A stretch of DNA of 46,270 nt from Octopus bimaculoides (lineage: Eukaryota): the NCBI RefSeq assembly GCF_001194135.2, contig NC_068996.1, forward strand, positions 52,351,850 to 52,398,119, in the 5' to 3' direction. Each line of letters opens with the position of its first letter. Position 1 is the stretch's first letter. Shown in pieces: positions 12,073-23,945 of the stretch. Both the position numbers and the translations under genes were made by a program. The notes under the pieces are model-generated. The model saw only the letters and a program-made list of their open reading frames with translations, made no database searches and was not told the DNA's origin.

Positions 12073-13396
12073 CTAAGTCATGACATTTTTTTTTTACGGC
12101 TCTCTCAAAGGGACATAACTTATAATATTATATTGACACATCATGTTACAGGGGACCTTCCTTATTTTATGACTCAGACCATAGTATGCATTCAACTAGA
12201 TGAAAACTCTAAAAAGTGGGATGTTCCATGTTAGTAAAACATATACTGTGAATATAGCAAATTTACAGAGCAAATTTAATGAGAAGACTGGTTGAGAATA
12301 TTGATTAAGGGGAGAAGGCAACACTGATTTGAATTTGTAATGTAAATTGCTTATATATTCTGGATAAAAAAGGACTAATAATTTATTTGGATGCTGAAAT
12401 ATTTATGATGATGGTTATAGCAACAGCAGCAGCATCAATGGTTTTAAGGAAATTCAATGGAAAATTTTATGTTTAGAAGTTTGATGAAACAAATTGCTAA
12501 GATTTCTTTCAAAGGAAATGCATTAAGAATGGATTATTTCTGGCAAGGGAAACCTTTTTCTAGCAATGGGCTTTATGAGATATTCATGCTCTTTGTTTTA
12601 CATCTACTTTTCAATGCTAGCATGGGTTGGACAGGTTGTCAGATGCCCTTCCTGTCACTCATTTCTTAACTTCAGGACTGCCTTTGAGATATTGTTCATG
12701 ATAAATCAAGTTGCACCAATAAAATGATATTTTGTGTTGTACATTTTCATTGTTTGATAAATTGAGTAATTGCCCAGCACATCAAATCTTGATTGAGAGG
12801 CAAGGAGCATGAAGGAAGGAGGAAAAGAAATAAAGCTGTTTAAATTAACAGTCAAGCCTGAAGATTCTGTAACAGAATTTTGGTTGAAAGTTATGCTTAT
12901 GCAATCTTGACATTATATGGACCATATAAACTCATAAAGTACCACATGTAATTAGAGTACCACTGGCCACTCAAACCTGCTTTTTTTTTCTTTTTTCCAT
13001 TTTCTTCTTAATCATTAATGATTGATTAGCAAAATAGCTGATCACAAATTATTCATTCTTCTCATTTGATCAGGTTTGGATCAATCTTGAGTTCACAATT
13101 TAAAGCTCATCAACAACAAAATTATGGGCCAATACTCTCAATGGCAACAAATTTACTCCTTACACAAGATACATAACTCTGCTTTCCTCATTTTCATCAT
13201 AAAGCTTATTAAATGTTTAAGAACAAACACACACACAAAAAAATAAAGAAAACTGCATGAAAAGGAAATGCGGGAAGGAAATTACATTCAATTTTCTTGA
13301 TTTGCAAGAATTGTCATTTCAGTATTTGATTCTATGTATGTTTCTGAATTCTAAATGTAAGTGCTAAACAAACTACTAGGATGTAACGTTATTCAA

Positions 13397-13787
13397 TGAT
13401 GTGCTGGGGGCACGTAAATAGCACCATTTGAGCGTGACCATTACCAATGTCACCCTCCTGGCACTTGTGCCAGTGGCACGTGAAAAGACATTCGAGCGAG
13501 ATCATTGCCAGTGCCACTGGACTGGCTCCTGTGCAGGTGGCACGTAAAATACACCATTTTGAGCGTGGCCGTTGCCAATACCGCCTGACTGGCCTTTGTG
13601 CCGGTGGCACATAAAAGCACCCACTACACTCTCGGAGTGGTTGGTGTTAGGAAGGGCATCCAGCTGTAGAAACTCTGCCAAATTAGATTGGAGCCTGGTG
13701 TAGCCATCCGGTTTCACCAGTCCTCAGTCAAATCGTCCAACCCATGCTAGCATGGAAAGCGGACATTAAACGATGGTGATGATGATG
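13397..13787 (+). mobile_element. Young family A RTE 3' UTR copy made of about four diverged 60-66-bp units plus the terminal module
   Basis: Repeated gcacgt(a/g)aaa..cacc/cattcgagcg..ttgcca..ctgg units, then ttaggaagggcatccagctgtagaaa, then ccatgctagcatggaaagcggacattaaacgatggtgatgatgatg. Confidence 0.9.
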
Positions 13788-14072
13788 ACCTCTTCAGTTT
13801 TGAGATGAGGATATAAAATACCATTAAAAGTTTATATTTATTTAAATAAAACTTTAAAACTATGATATCTAATTGATACTAAAATCCATCAACGCACATA
13901 CACAACACTAAACAAGACTAGATTTTATTTCTGTTGCTGTGTGAACAGGACTATCCATAGCAGCGTAGAAATTAGAAATAAAATGATGATGAAATTTATA
14001 ATATTTGTTTGACAATGTTGTATTCGTATATGTATTTTATTGAACCATGTCATTTTTTTTCTAACCAACCAG

Positions 14073-14265
14073 GAAACTGTTTAATATCACTTCCAATGAC
14101 TTGATATTTTTGGCTGCTCCTCTGACATTTGACCCAAGTATCATTGATATCTTTACATCTTTAAGTTGTGGAGCAAGATTACTAATAACATCAAACCAAA
14201 TAAAAATCTTGCCTTGGAAACTTGCTAAAATGCTTGGAAATCACTATCATGTAACAGTTCTTCAG
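14073..14265 (+). CDS. AASDH: AASDH exon d with A4 motif FLAAPLTFDPSIIDIF
   Basis: ccaaccag|G ... CAG|gtaagt, 193 nt. Overlaps ORF 14101-14307. Ends HVTVLQ. Confidence 0.95.
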
Positions 14266-14516
14266 GTAAGTATGATTATTCTGTACCATTTTACAAGTAG
14301 CAAATGAGAAAGGCACAGGTGTGATCGTGTGGTAAGAAGCTTGCTTCCCAACCACATGTTTCTGGGTTCAGTCCCACAGCATGGTACTCTGGGCAAGTGT
14401 TTTCTACTATAGCCTCAGGCTGACCAAAACCTTGTGAATGGATCTTGGATGGAAACTGAAAGAAGCCTCTTGTATATATTCATATATATANNNNNNNNNN
14501 TATATATATATATATA

Positions 14517-14705
14517 TGGGAGAATATACAAATAATAACAACAGACGAGGACAGGTGGTGTAAATAACAAAAGTATATATTAGTATGACGCTCGGGAATA
14601 CGGAAAGTCTTTGACGTTTCGAGCTACGCTCTTCAACAGAAAGAATACGGAGACAAGGAGAAAAACATGGAGAAAAAAAATTGAATAGTGTTCAGTCAAC
14701 GGTCG
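14517..14705 (-). mobile_element. Penelope-like pseudo-LTR fragment
   Basis: CpG-intact insert containing the PLE-typical ...GAAGAG...CTCGAAACGTC motif on the minus strand. Confidence 0.6.
14608..14644 (-). ncRNA. Minimal type I hammerhead-ribozyme-like motif (variant core)
   Basis: Minus-strand RNA UCUUU-CUGUUGA-A-GAGC(GUA)GCUC-GAAA-C-GUC-AAAGA. Stem I is UCUUU/AAAGA, stem II is GAGC/GCUC, stem III is the loopless palindrome ACGU, and the cleavage triplet is GUC. The core deviates by A6U and one extra A. Confidence 0.6.
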
Positions 14706-15739
14706 TGCATGTGTCCCTCTACCACCACCACTTGACAACTGATGTTGGTGTGTTTACATCCCTGAAACTTAGCAATTCTGCAAAAGTGACCCACAGAATG
14801 AGTACCAGGCTTTAAGAAACAAAATGTGGTCAATACATTTGACTAAAAATTCTTAAAGGTGGTGCCCCAGCATGGCCGTATTCTAATGCCTGAAACAAGT
14901 TAGAAACCTCTACTCTTTCATAACAATTGCAAAACTCCTCTTGTATTATTCTTATTTTTCTCAAGCAAACCACTGCTCATTTCATTGGACATTAATTTTT
15001 CTTTCTTGTAATGAGATATATTAGTAGGAACTTAATTTAAAATACTTTATTTTTAATGTTTTCATTTAATTTTTATGGCAATTTCTTTGTCAAGAGCATT
15101 ATTTTGTTCCCTCCTGTTAATTGATCCCTACAACAATGGCTTGTACTTCTGAAAACTCTTTCTCTTTTAAACACATTTATTTTCTTCTGAAGACCAGCTC
15201 TCATGAACTTTCCAGAACTTTTGAGGTGGGAGATAGTTATTCTTAGATTGGTGGTCTGACCCAAATAAGCAAAAGTGTATATCACTTAAGGTATCAAAAA
15301 AAGCCGTGGATATACTATTTCTAAAAATAAGATTTTCAAAATACTCTCTAATTGGGACACACCAACTTTGTCTTGTTCAACAGCACCAAAACACATCTGC
15401 TAGATATATGAAGAAAATGCACTATGTTATACCTTCCAATGAGCAACACATAACATTTATACTTAAAAGTATCTGTATGTCTCAGTGGAAATATGTCAAC
15501 ATCTTAGATAAGATACATAGCTCTGATTTCCTCATTGTCCTGTTTCTTCAAGTATTTACTTTGAGCATTTGAGTCTAAGAATATTTCTGACTTCCAAATA
15601 TAGGTGCTATGAAAACTACTAGCATTCAACACTATTCAGAAATCAGGAATGCATTTTCGGATAAGAATGTGCACGAAATAGACTTTTCTCAAATGCTCAG
15701 GAAGATCCTTAAAGATATTAGATAGTTTCTGTAACCTAG

Positions 15740-16210
15740 GTGACCTAATTAGCAGTGAAGGAGGATGTTCTGAAAGCATAGTTGTTAGAATAAGAATAGG
15801 ATGGAGAAAGTTCAGAGAATTATGCCCTTTGTTGGTAATGCAAACTCTTTCTCAGAGTAAAAGGCCGATTGTATGATGCCTGTGTATGAATAGCAATGCT
15901 ACATGGTGGTAAAACCTGAGCCATGAATGCAGAGGACATGTAGTAGTGACCTTTTTCAATACTACACCCCAAACAGTTGACGGGTTTCGCATGAGTTACT
16001 TGGTAACTTCACTTGATGCTATGTGAAATGTACCCAGTGTACTCTGTGAGGTGGTTGGCATTAGGAAGGGCATCCAAACATTGGTGCAGTCATTTTGTTT
16101 CTCAGCTCCTGTCTCCTATCAAACCATCTAACTCATGCCAGCATGGAAAATGGACATAAAATGATGATGATGACAACAATGACGATGACAATGGTGATGA
16201 TGCTGATGAT
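15740..16210 (+). mobile_element. Decayed RTE ORF fragment plus family A 3' UTR and (GAT)n tail
   Basis: LGDLISSEGGCSESIVVRIRIGWRKFREL...KGRLYDACV, then ttaggaagggcatcc ... catgccagcatggaaaatggac..(GAT/GAC)n. Confidence 0.8.
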
Positions 16211-17099
16211 GAAGGACTTTCAGATGACTTATTCTTTCAGTATAATTTGATATACAGTTGCTGATCAGTTCTGTTCAATGTTATAGGCATTTGACTTTTC
16301 TTTCCTTAACACAACATTGATGATGAAAATCATAGTTTAAGCAGAGTTTTGGCTGTTAGTTTTCAGTTTGCTAATATTTTAACATCTGCTTCTGTACTCT
16401 CCACCAAAACATCAAGGAGTGACAATTGGTTTTCTTATTCCAAAATAAACTGGATTAATGTGTATAGTGAGTTCATCTGGTTTATAAAAACTTGATCATC
16501 TCTTTGATGTTATTTTATTTTAAAGATATTATGCATCTATCTTAACAAAGCTACAGATTTCATAGTTGTAATTTCTAGATTTATTCAGTCATAATATTTC
16601 ATTCTCTTCCCTCTTTACCTTTCTAATCTCTCCTACCAACAGCATTATTCTCTTATCTTTCTTTCTATATCATTTGATGTGAGGCTTGTAGTTAAGGTTC
16701 TGATCTTGCAGCCTCTGCCAACAGTTTATATTCTGTAACCAGCACTGAACAAAGGGTTATACAACATTATTCTTGATAAAATAACTTAAATCTCCATGTG
16801 GCTCAGTCCACCTACTTAAAAGTAGGTACCATGAGTTGGTGCCTATTCATATAAGCAACAGGAATATTATATTAGCAAACATTTCACTTGGTAACCTGCT
16901 GGTCTCTTCAGGTGTGTGTTTGTGTGTCCTGTAGCTGGCACTACAACATATCCTTGACAAAGGTAGTTAAACTCAGTTTATTTTGCTGTAAACATCTACT
17001 GACATTAGTTGACTGTTGTGGATTGTAGGAATAACTTTATAACTAACCTGTATTTTTCTGCTTTATAATTGTGAGATCTAATAATTCTGTGGGTTGTAT

Positions 17100-17326
17100 T
17101 TAACCTTTTAGCATTTAAACCAGCCACATCTGTCTGAAATATTCTACCTGTTTTAATGTTCAAACTGACAAAATTTAGCTTCTCGCGCCTACCCAACAAT
17201 GCCATTCTAAAAATATCCAATCACAACATGAAAATTCTGGAGCCATGACGTAATGTATGATTAATTCAAAACAGTTTGAATAAATAAAATACATCTGACA
17301 GAATAATCTGAATACTCAAGGGTCAA
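17100..17326. mobile_element. piggyBac-like MITE family P1, copy 2 (opposite orientation)
   Basis: TTAA-CCTTTTAGCATTTAAACC ... CTGAATACTCAAGGG-TCAA, about 220 bp. Confidence 0.7.
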
Positions 17327-17552
17327 AAAGGAAACTATTTAAAGCCTTCCTTTACATATATTACTGATACCCTTAATCTATTGTCCAGTTCCACTTGGCT
17401 CATAGGTGCTTTTAGTTACAGTCCACTCTCTGATAAGTTTTCTGACAAAGTTTTCCCTTCTTCCTACAAATCCTAGAGACTCTGAAATAAGTTATGAGCA
17501 CCATCTTTTCTTCAATGACTAATCAAAAGCAAACAAAAAATTCATGAAACGT

Positions 17553-17902
17553 TGGCAAAGATGTAGCTATGTGGTTGAGAAGCTTGCTTACCAACTATGC
17601 GGACTTTGGTTCAGTCCCACTGCATGACACCTTGGGCAAGTGTCTTCTACCATAACCCTCAGGTCGACCAAAGCCTTGTGTGTGGATTTGGTTGATGGAA
17701 ACTGAAAGAAAACCATCATGTGTATGTGTGTGTTGGTGTTTGTCCACCCTACCCCACTTGACAACCAGTGTCGGTTTGTTTATGTTCCCATATGAATAAG
17801 TACGAGATTTAAAAAATATTGGGGTTGATTTTGTTCAACTAAACCCTTCAAGGCGATGCCCCAGCATGACCACAGTCCAGTGACTAAAACAAGTAAAATA
17901 TA
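17553..17902 (+). mobile_element. SINE family B, old copy
   Basis: B box ggttcagtccc, ccttgggcaagtgtcttctac, tail ...gccccagcatgaccacagtccagtgactaaaacaagtaaaa. Confidence 0.8.
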
Positions 17903-18062
17903 TAAACTGAAACAAATGTTATCAGTGGTACCACAATATGTTATGCACCATTCTTCAATTATTAATGTTGATTATTGATTATTGATTGAATAATATCATA
18001 CAAACAAATTGTAATGTACAGTTTCACTTTCTTTTTTTACTTTGTTTTCTTTTAAATATTAG

Positions 18063-18292
18063 ATAACCCCAAGTCTGTTGATGAGTATTGGTCCAGAACT
18101 ATTAAGAACTTCTATCTTGGATAAATCTTCATGCCTTAGAATTTTAGCTCTTGGTGGTGAAAAATTTCCATCATTGGATCTGATTAAAAAATGTCGTGCT
18201 GAAGGCAACATGACAACGTTTTTCAATTTATACGGAATAACAGAAGTATCTTGTTGGTCAACATTTTATCAAGTCACAGATTCTGATTTTGC
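18063..18292 (+). CDS. AASDH: AASDH exon e with LRILALGGEKFP and A5 motif FNLYGITEVSCW
   Basis: pyrimidine tract...attag|ATA ... GC|gtaaat, 230 nt. Overlaps ORF 18078-18296. Confidence 0.95.
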
Positions 18293-18334
18293 GTAAATAT
18301 AACCTGAACTTAATCATCTTTGTTGTTGTCAATA

Positions 18335-18352
18335 TCATTGTTATTGCCATTG

Positions 18353-18394
<42 letters not shown>

Positions 18395-18400
18395 CTACCA
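18335..18400. repeat. (CAT)n microsatellite
   Basis: Direct reading of the sequence. Confidence 0.9.
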
Positions 18401-19959
18401 TTCTTGATCCTTCATAGGAAGTAAGTGTTCTGACTAGTAATAAAGAAATTTCCATTGCAAATTGTATTGCGTTATTGGTATTGCTCAGGTTAGGAAAGAT
18501 GAGTGTTATGGGATGCTACTAGAAGACTGCGAAATTACTAGTTGGAATGCAGTACATTTTCCTGTAGAAACTGGATGTAGAGATTTTGTTGGAACCAGAC
18601 TGTGACAGTGGCTGCTGTCAATTCACATCAAGGATATACCAACTTGAAAGAGAACCAGCCATTGGATATGACTGAAAAGGAATGATGAAACCTGGCTGGT
18701 GAGACATGTACCTGTCTGATTATATTGTAAGTTAAACCTGCATGATATCACAATTTGAAAAGTGCTAATGATCCAGAAATGGACTTAGGATTGTGTTGTA
18801 GTGAAAGTCATTGACACTTCTGTGGGATTGAAAGAATGGACTAGCCAAAGTCTTATGAAGAGTAGCATATTGGTTGAGATGAGAGAAATTGTAGGAATTG
18901 TTGAAAGTTTGTATCGTGTTTAGTTGAGTAATTTGAAGTACATCGTGTGAAGATAGTTGTATCTATCCCTGCTTCGTGAAATCTGTATATTCAATGTGTA
19001 GAAGGATATAAAAGATTGAATACTAGTCAGGTACAGCCTCACATCAGTGAGGAGTGTGTCCACTGTGCTGTAAAGCCATCAAGAGGAAGGCCCTCAGAAT
19101 GGTGCACATTCTCACCTTATGTCTCCTTCTGTATTCAGGATGTGGAGTCTTCAACAGGTTGCCCTTGTACAAGCAAACGTTTTCCAAATCCTTATCGTGG
19201 GTTTAAAAGTGATTGAGACGTAATGCTGCATAAGCGAGACAATTTAGTAGTTGAATTATATAAGAGACAGAATGAAAATAAATCATTTAGTAGCATAGCT
19301 AATTAACACATGCATTGGTTACTGCTGATGACAAATATTATACAAGAATAAGATTTCAGCAAACCAAATCTCTATCTTTGCTTTGTTCTTGATTGTAGCT
19401 CTTTTAATTCATTTTCACTTTCGGGAAAGGGACAAACACCAAAACTTCATATCTACCTCTCCTAACTCCAACAGTCTTACCACACTTTCAGGAAAACCCT
19501 CCTTTGGTACGTAATGATTGTAACATAGTAAATAAAATTCTGAAACAGATATACCACAATGTTTGATTTCTGTATGCATTCTGGATATTTAAATATTAAT
19601 TCCTTACAATATTTTAAAAATTTTGTATTAATAACTTTTCAGTTTCTTCTTTCCCAAATAATACTTTCCATTTGAAGTTATTCTTATTACTTCTAGATCA
19701 TTGTTATCTCATTTAATTTTATCTTTGATTTTACAATTAATTTTCCTTCATTAGATTTTGACTAATTTTTGTTGAACAATAATATTATTCAATTAATCTG
19801 AGCTACATATTGCTAATACACATTACATTAATTCTGAAGAGATCTGGAATCAGAATGTTTCTCAACTTAACTAATGACTGTAAAACATTGAACCAGTTAT
19901 GCCAACATGTATTTTCTGTTATTCTCTGACCTTTCATTCTCTGACACAAGTTCCTCTCC

Positions 19960-20310
19960 TCAAATGCCCCTGCCCCTCTCAAAATTCCTTGTTTTGCAAG
20001 TTATTTGGTGACCCTGCTAGTGCTGGTGGCACATAAAAAGCATTCAGTCCACACTGTAAAGTGGTTGGCATTTGGAAGGGCATCTAACTGTAAAAATCAT
20101 GTCAAAACTAACCTCGCCTGTGCCAGTGCCATGTAAAAAAGCTCTGATTTCACTCTGCAGAGTGGTTGGTGTTAGGGAGGGCATCCAGTCATAAAACCCC
20201 TTCCAAAACAGACACAGTAGCTTAGAGTAATTTTTCTACCTGGCTGGCTCCTGTCAGCTGTCCTACTCATGCATGCATGGAAGATGGACGTTAAATGACG
20301 ACGACGACAA
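19960..20310 (+). mobile_element. Old family A RTE 3' UTR variant with duplicated core motif
   Basis: gtggttggcatttggaagggcatctaactgtaaaa at about 20060 and gtggttggtgttagggagggcatccagtcataaaa at about 20160. Ends gacgttaaatgacgacgacgac. Confidence 0.75.
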
Positions 20311-21060
20311 TGGTTCTCATCTTAAATGTCTATGTTATGTTCATACAGAGAGCTTCTTTTATTAACTAAATAAGAAAACTACTTCAACTGCCTGCTATAT
20401 TCTGTTCATATAATTAGAACTAGCAAACTGGAAGTGAAAGATTTTTTAATCCTAATTCAGCATTTATTTGAGGAGATCAACAACGTAATATTTAGAGAAA
20501 TATGATATGCAGTTGTAGTCATGTGATTGGTCTATTTAGTCATTGCTGAGTAAGTCTTGTATTTCCTCAGCACCAGTTCCATTTTCTCCATAACTACTGT
20601 TGTCAACATCAATATACAGATGGATGAGTCTCTAAATGATTGATCAGTGTGCTAGAAAATATGAACAAATAGATTTATTTCAAATTACACATTGCCATCT
20701 TTAAAAAAAAATGTATATGTTTTAGATAGTGCAATCCAAAATACACTAAGAATACAAGACGAGGTGGTCATAGCTGGAAGGCCTTTGATCAATTCGATAT
20801 TTACTTATTTGTTTATTTATTTTTATTTATTTATTTATTTTGCTAAATTGATTTCTCAAGTGATTTCATAATTTTAGTCTTAATTGTGTCATGCTGACCT
20901 AATTTCTCCAAATTAATGAAATTTCATTTATTTTTGTATTTGTCTTCAATGTATTTACAAACTCATTATTATCTCCATCATATTATTACTGCATAGACGA
21001 ACAGGAAATTAGTGTGTACACACACACACGCGCGCATATGTATACTTATGTATATACGTT

Positions 21061-21282
21061 CAGGGGTGGCCGACAGTAAATCAAAATTCCATAAATACTA
21101 TCTGCAATTTTATATCGACTCAAATGGAAAAATGTCTCATTCGAGAAGGACATCAGTTTGAACAATTTTCACGATGTTTCATATTTAGATGCTTTTATTA
21201 AATTCATTCAGTTGTTAAACAGAAATAAATCTTGGAATTAAATGGTTTTGATTTACTGTCAGCTGACTTTTGGCCAACCCTG
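21061..21282. mobile_element. Tc1/mariner-type MITE
   Basis: Left end CAGGGGTGGCC-GACAGTAAATCAAAA and right end TTTTGATTTACTGTCAGCTGACTTTTGGCCAACCCTG-TA form imperfect TIRs of about 40 bp. Sits in TA-rich sequence. Confidence 0.7.
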
Positions 21283-22289
21283 TATATATGTACTACACGT
21301 TAGTAATCATAAAAATCATTGCATGTATTGGTATATGTTTTCAACTGTTTATTATATCTTAGTGTCCATGTTCCATGTTGGCACAGGTTGGAAGTTTCTA
21401 CAGGATCCTATGAGTCAGAAAAATGCAATGAACTCTAATGTGTTGTTTGACATGGTTTCAACAGTTGGATGCACTTCTTAACAAAGTGTATTGGGTGCAT
21501 TTTTCATGGCATTGGCCCTAGTAAATCACCAAGTAACCCACAAGATGAGAACTATTTTACCTGAGTGCGGTTGACTTATTAAAGGAGGTAGCAAAATACC
21601 AGGGGTAGAGAGGTTAAAGTGAGATAGAGAGACAAGAACAGGTGTCTTGTAGAGTATGGTTACCCTAGCAAGCAGTAATGGGAGAAAAGATGGTAGAGAT
21701 GAAGTGTCAGGGTATACTCTCAAGATACAGGAAGATGAATGAAGAGAGAATAAGGACAAAGAAATGAGGATGGCTGGTAGGGTTTTGAGAGTAGAAAAGA
21801 AGAGAGACAGATTAAGTTGAAGCATGAGTCTCAGTTTGGAATGGAATGATAAATGGCAATAGATATGGGGGAGCAGTGGAAGGCAACAGTATAATAAGAT
21901 CATAGATAGATGAGAAATAGGGAAATAATGTGAAGTAGGTAGAGGAGAGAGAGACAGAGAGAAATGCACAATGGCAGAGATAGGGGTTAGAGTCACATAG
22001 GGATGGATATAGTGTGTGAAAAATGAAGGTGGATTGCACTGTTGGTGATAGATACAATGGAGCAGGCAGTAGAAAATAAATTGGTATGAGATGATACTTA
22101 GAATGTAGCATGGGTAACAAGGGAAGTGGTTCCAAGGAGAGAGAGAGAAATGGTAGTACAAAAGTGAGGATGGAATATGTGCAGTTTTGCTCTCATATAA
22201 TGAAACTGAGGAATCAGTGCTGCAGTTAGAAGTGCAATGGAGGGATAGTAGTTATGAAAATGAGTTATAGAAAAGACTTGACATAAATG

Positions 22290-22543
22290 CAGGGCTGTGG
22301 AGTCGGAAACAATTAAGGGGTAGCTGGAGTTGGAATCAGTAAAACTATGCCGACTCCAACATCTTTATTCTTTAATATAAACCAAGTTATAAGATATAGG
22401 CCTACTCAAAGTACAAGTGTATGCATATGCTTTATGAGATATGTAGACCACAATCACTTAATTACATAAGGAGGAGTCAGAGTCACAGGTGCCAATAGTA
22501 GAGGGGTCGAGTCAAAGGTTTTTGTTTTGACTCCACTGCCCTA
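22290..22543. mobile_element. hAT-like MITE
   Basis: TIR CAGGGCTGTGGAGTC / GACTCCACTGCCCTA with internal GGAGTC/GACTCC subterminal repeats. No clean TSD. Confidence 0.6.
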
Positions 22544-22799
22544 ATATTTGTTGATGGGTAGACAAGTGTTCTAGAGTCATTTTGCTGAGGTGGATGAGTT
22601 TATTTATGTAATCTGTACATTTTGTTGATGTTTAACCCCAGATTAGTCACAATTAAATAATCATTATAAGCAAAGGTATTCCAGTCTTAGGCTTCCTGAT
22701 ATTGATATTCAGTACCCCAGTCAATCCTTCTCAAGTAAATTTAAGGCACATTAGTAATTGGTTTAACAGCTAAATACAATCTGCAGAAATAATTCTTTC

Positions 22800-23455
22800 A
22801 TCATCATCATCATCATCGTTTAACGTCCGCTTTCCATGCTAGCATGGGTTGGACGATTTGACTGAGGACTGGTGAAACCGGATGGCAACACCAGGCTCCA
22901 GTCTGATTTGGCAGAGTTTCTACAGCTGGATGCCCTTCCTAACGCCAACCACTCAGAGAGTGTAGTGGGTGCTTTTACGTGTCACCCGCACGAAAACGGC
23001 CACGCTCGAAATGGTGTCTTTTATGTGCCNNNNNNNNNNNNNNNNNNNNNNNNNNNNNNNNNNNNNNNNNNNNNNNNNNNNNNNNNNNNNNNNNNNNNNN
23101 NNNNNNNNNNNNNNNNNNNNNNNNNNNNNNNNNNNNNNNCCCGCACAAGCCAGTCCAGGGGCACTGGCAACGATCTTACTTGGCTTGCCGGGTCTTCTCA
23201 CGCACAGCCCATTTCCAAAGGTCTCGGTCCGTAGTCATCGCCTCGGTGAGGCCCAATGTACGAAGGTCTTGCCTCACCACCTCAGCCCAGGTCTTCCTGG
23301 GCCTACCTCTTCCACGGGTTCCCTCAACTGTTAGGGTGTGGCACTTTTTCACGCAGCTATCCTCCTCCATTCTCACCACATGTCCATACCAGCGCAATCG
23401 TCTCTCTTGCACGCCACAACTGATGCTTCTAATGTTCAGCTTTTCTCTCTTTAGA
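22800..23455 (-). mobile_element. Young 5'-truncated RTE LINE (family A): ORF2 C-terminus directly followed by the family A 3' UTR and (GAT)n
   Basis: ORF 23176-23463 (-) ERRLRWYGHVVRMEEDSCVKKC...GRGRPRKTWAEVVRQDLRTLGL...EKTRQAK* is contiguous with the UTR. This identifies family A as a LINE 3' end. Confidence 0.92.
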
Positions 23456-23486
23456 TGTAGCATATCCCCAATAATTGATAATTACA

Positions 23487-23620
23487 TTGTGGGTTCAGTC
23501 CCATAGCCTGGTACTTTGAGCAAATCATCATCATCATCAACTGTCTTTTACTATAGCCCCAGGCCAACTAAAACTTTGTGAGTGGATTTGGTAAATGGAA
23601 ACGGAAAGAAGCTCTTCGTG
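23487..23620 (+). mobile_element. Partial SINE family B head
   Basis: gggttcagtccc ... ctatagccccaggcc ... gtgagtggatttggtaaatggaaacggaaagaagc. Confidence 0.7.
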
Positions 23621-23945
23621 TGTGTGTGTGTGTTAGTGTGTATGTGTTCGTGTCTCCTTGTTTGGACACTGTGTGACAGTTGTAAAATAGTTGTCGCTGT
23701 CATTCAAGTAATGTCATTCATTTCCAATATTGTGCAAGAACATGGTTTTGATGAAGCAGTGAGGAAATCTAGGTATAAGATATTTTCATATGTTTTAGTG
23801 TAAGCACATTGATGTTCACGTGTTGTTACATATGTGTGTGTTTATAATACACAAGTTGAATTTCAGTTACCTGGGGACATATTGCAGGTATACAACTAGA
23901 TAAATGAAATTTAACTGAATAACAAATTAAATAGTGAACATTACC

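Larger units (their letters stand above)
14311..14905 (+). mobile_element. SINE family B with a Penelope-like fragment nested in its internal (TA)n
   Basis: Head 14311-14480 (B box gggttcagtccc, ctgggcaagtg), (TA)n and a 10-N gap, insert 14517-14705, tail 14706-14905. Confidence 0.8.

Noticed and set aside
18430-19260. Possible decayed CR1-like LINE (also 33150-34140, 35750-36700, 37130-37740)
   Set aside because: Too degraded to assign by eye; needs a frameshift-aware search.
21526-22161. 211-aa minus-strand ORF
   Set aside because: Low-complexity Leu/Ser/Ile translation of a purine-rich tract with no motifs.
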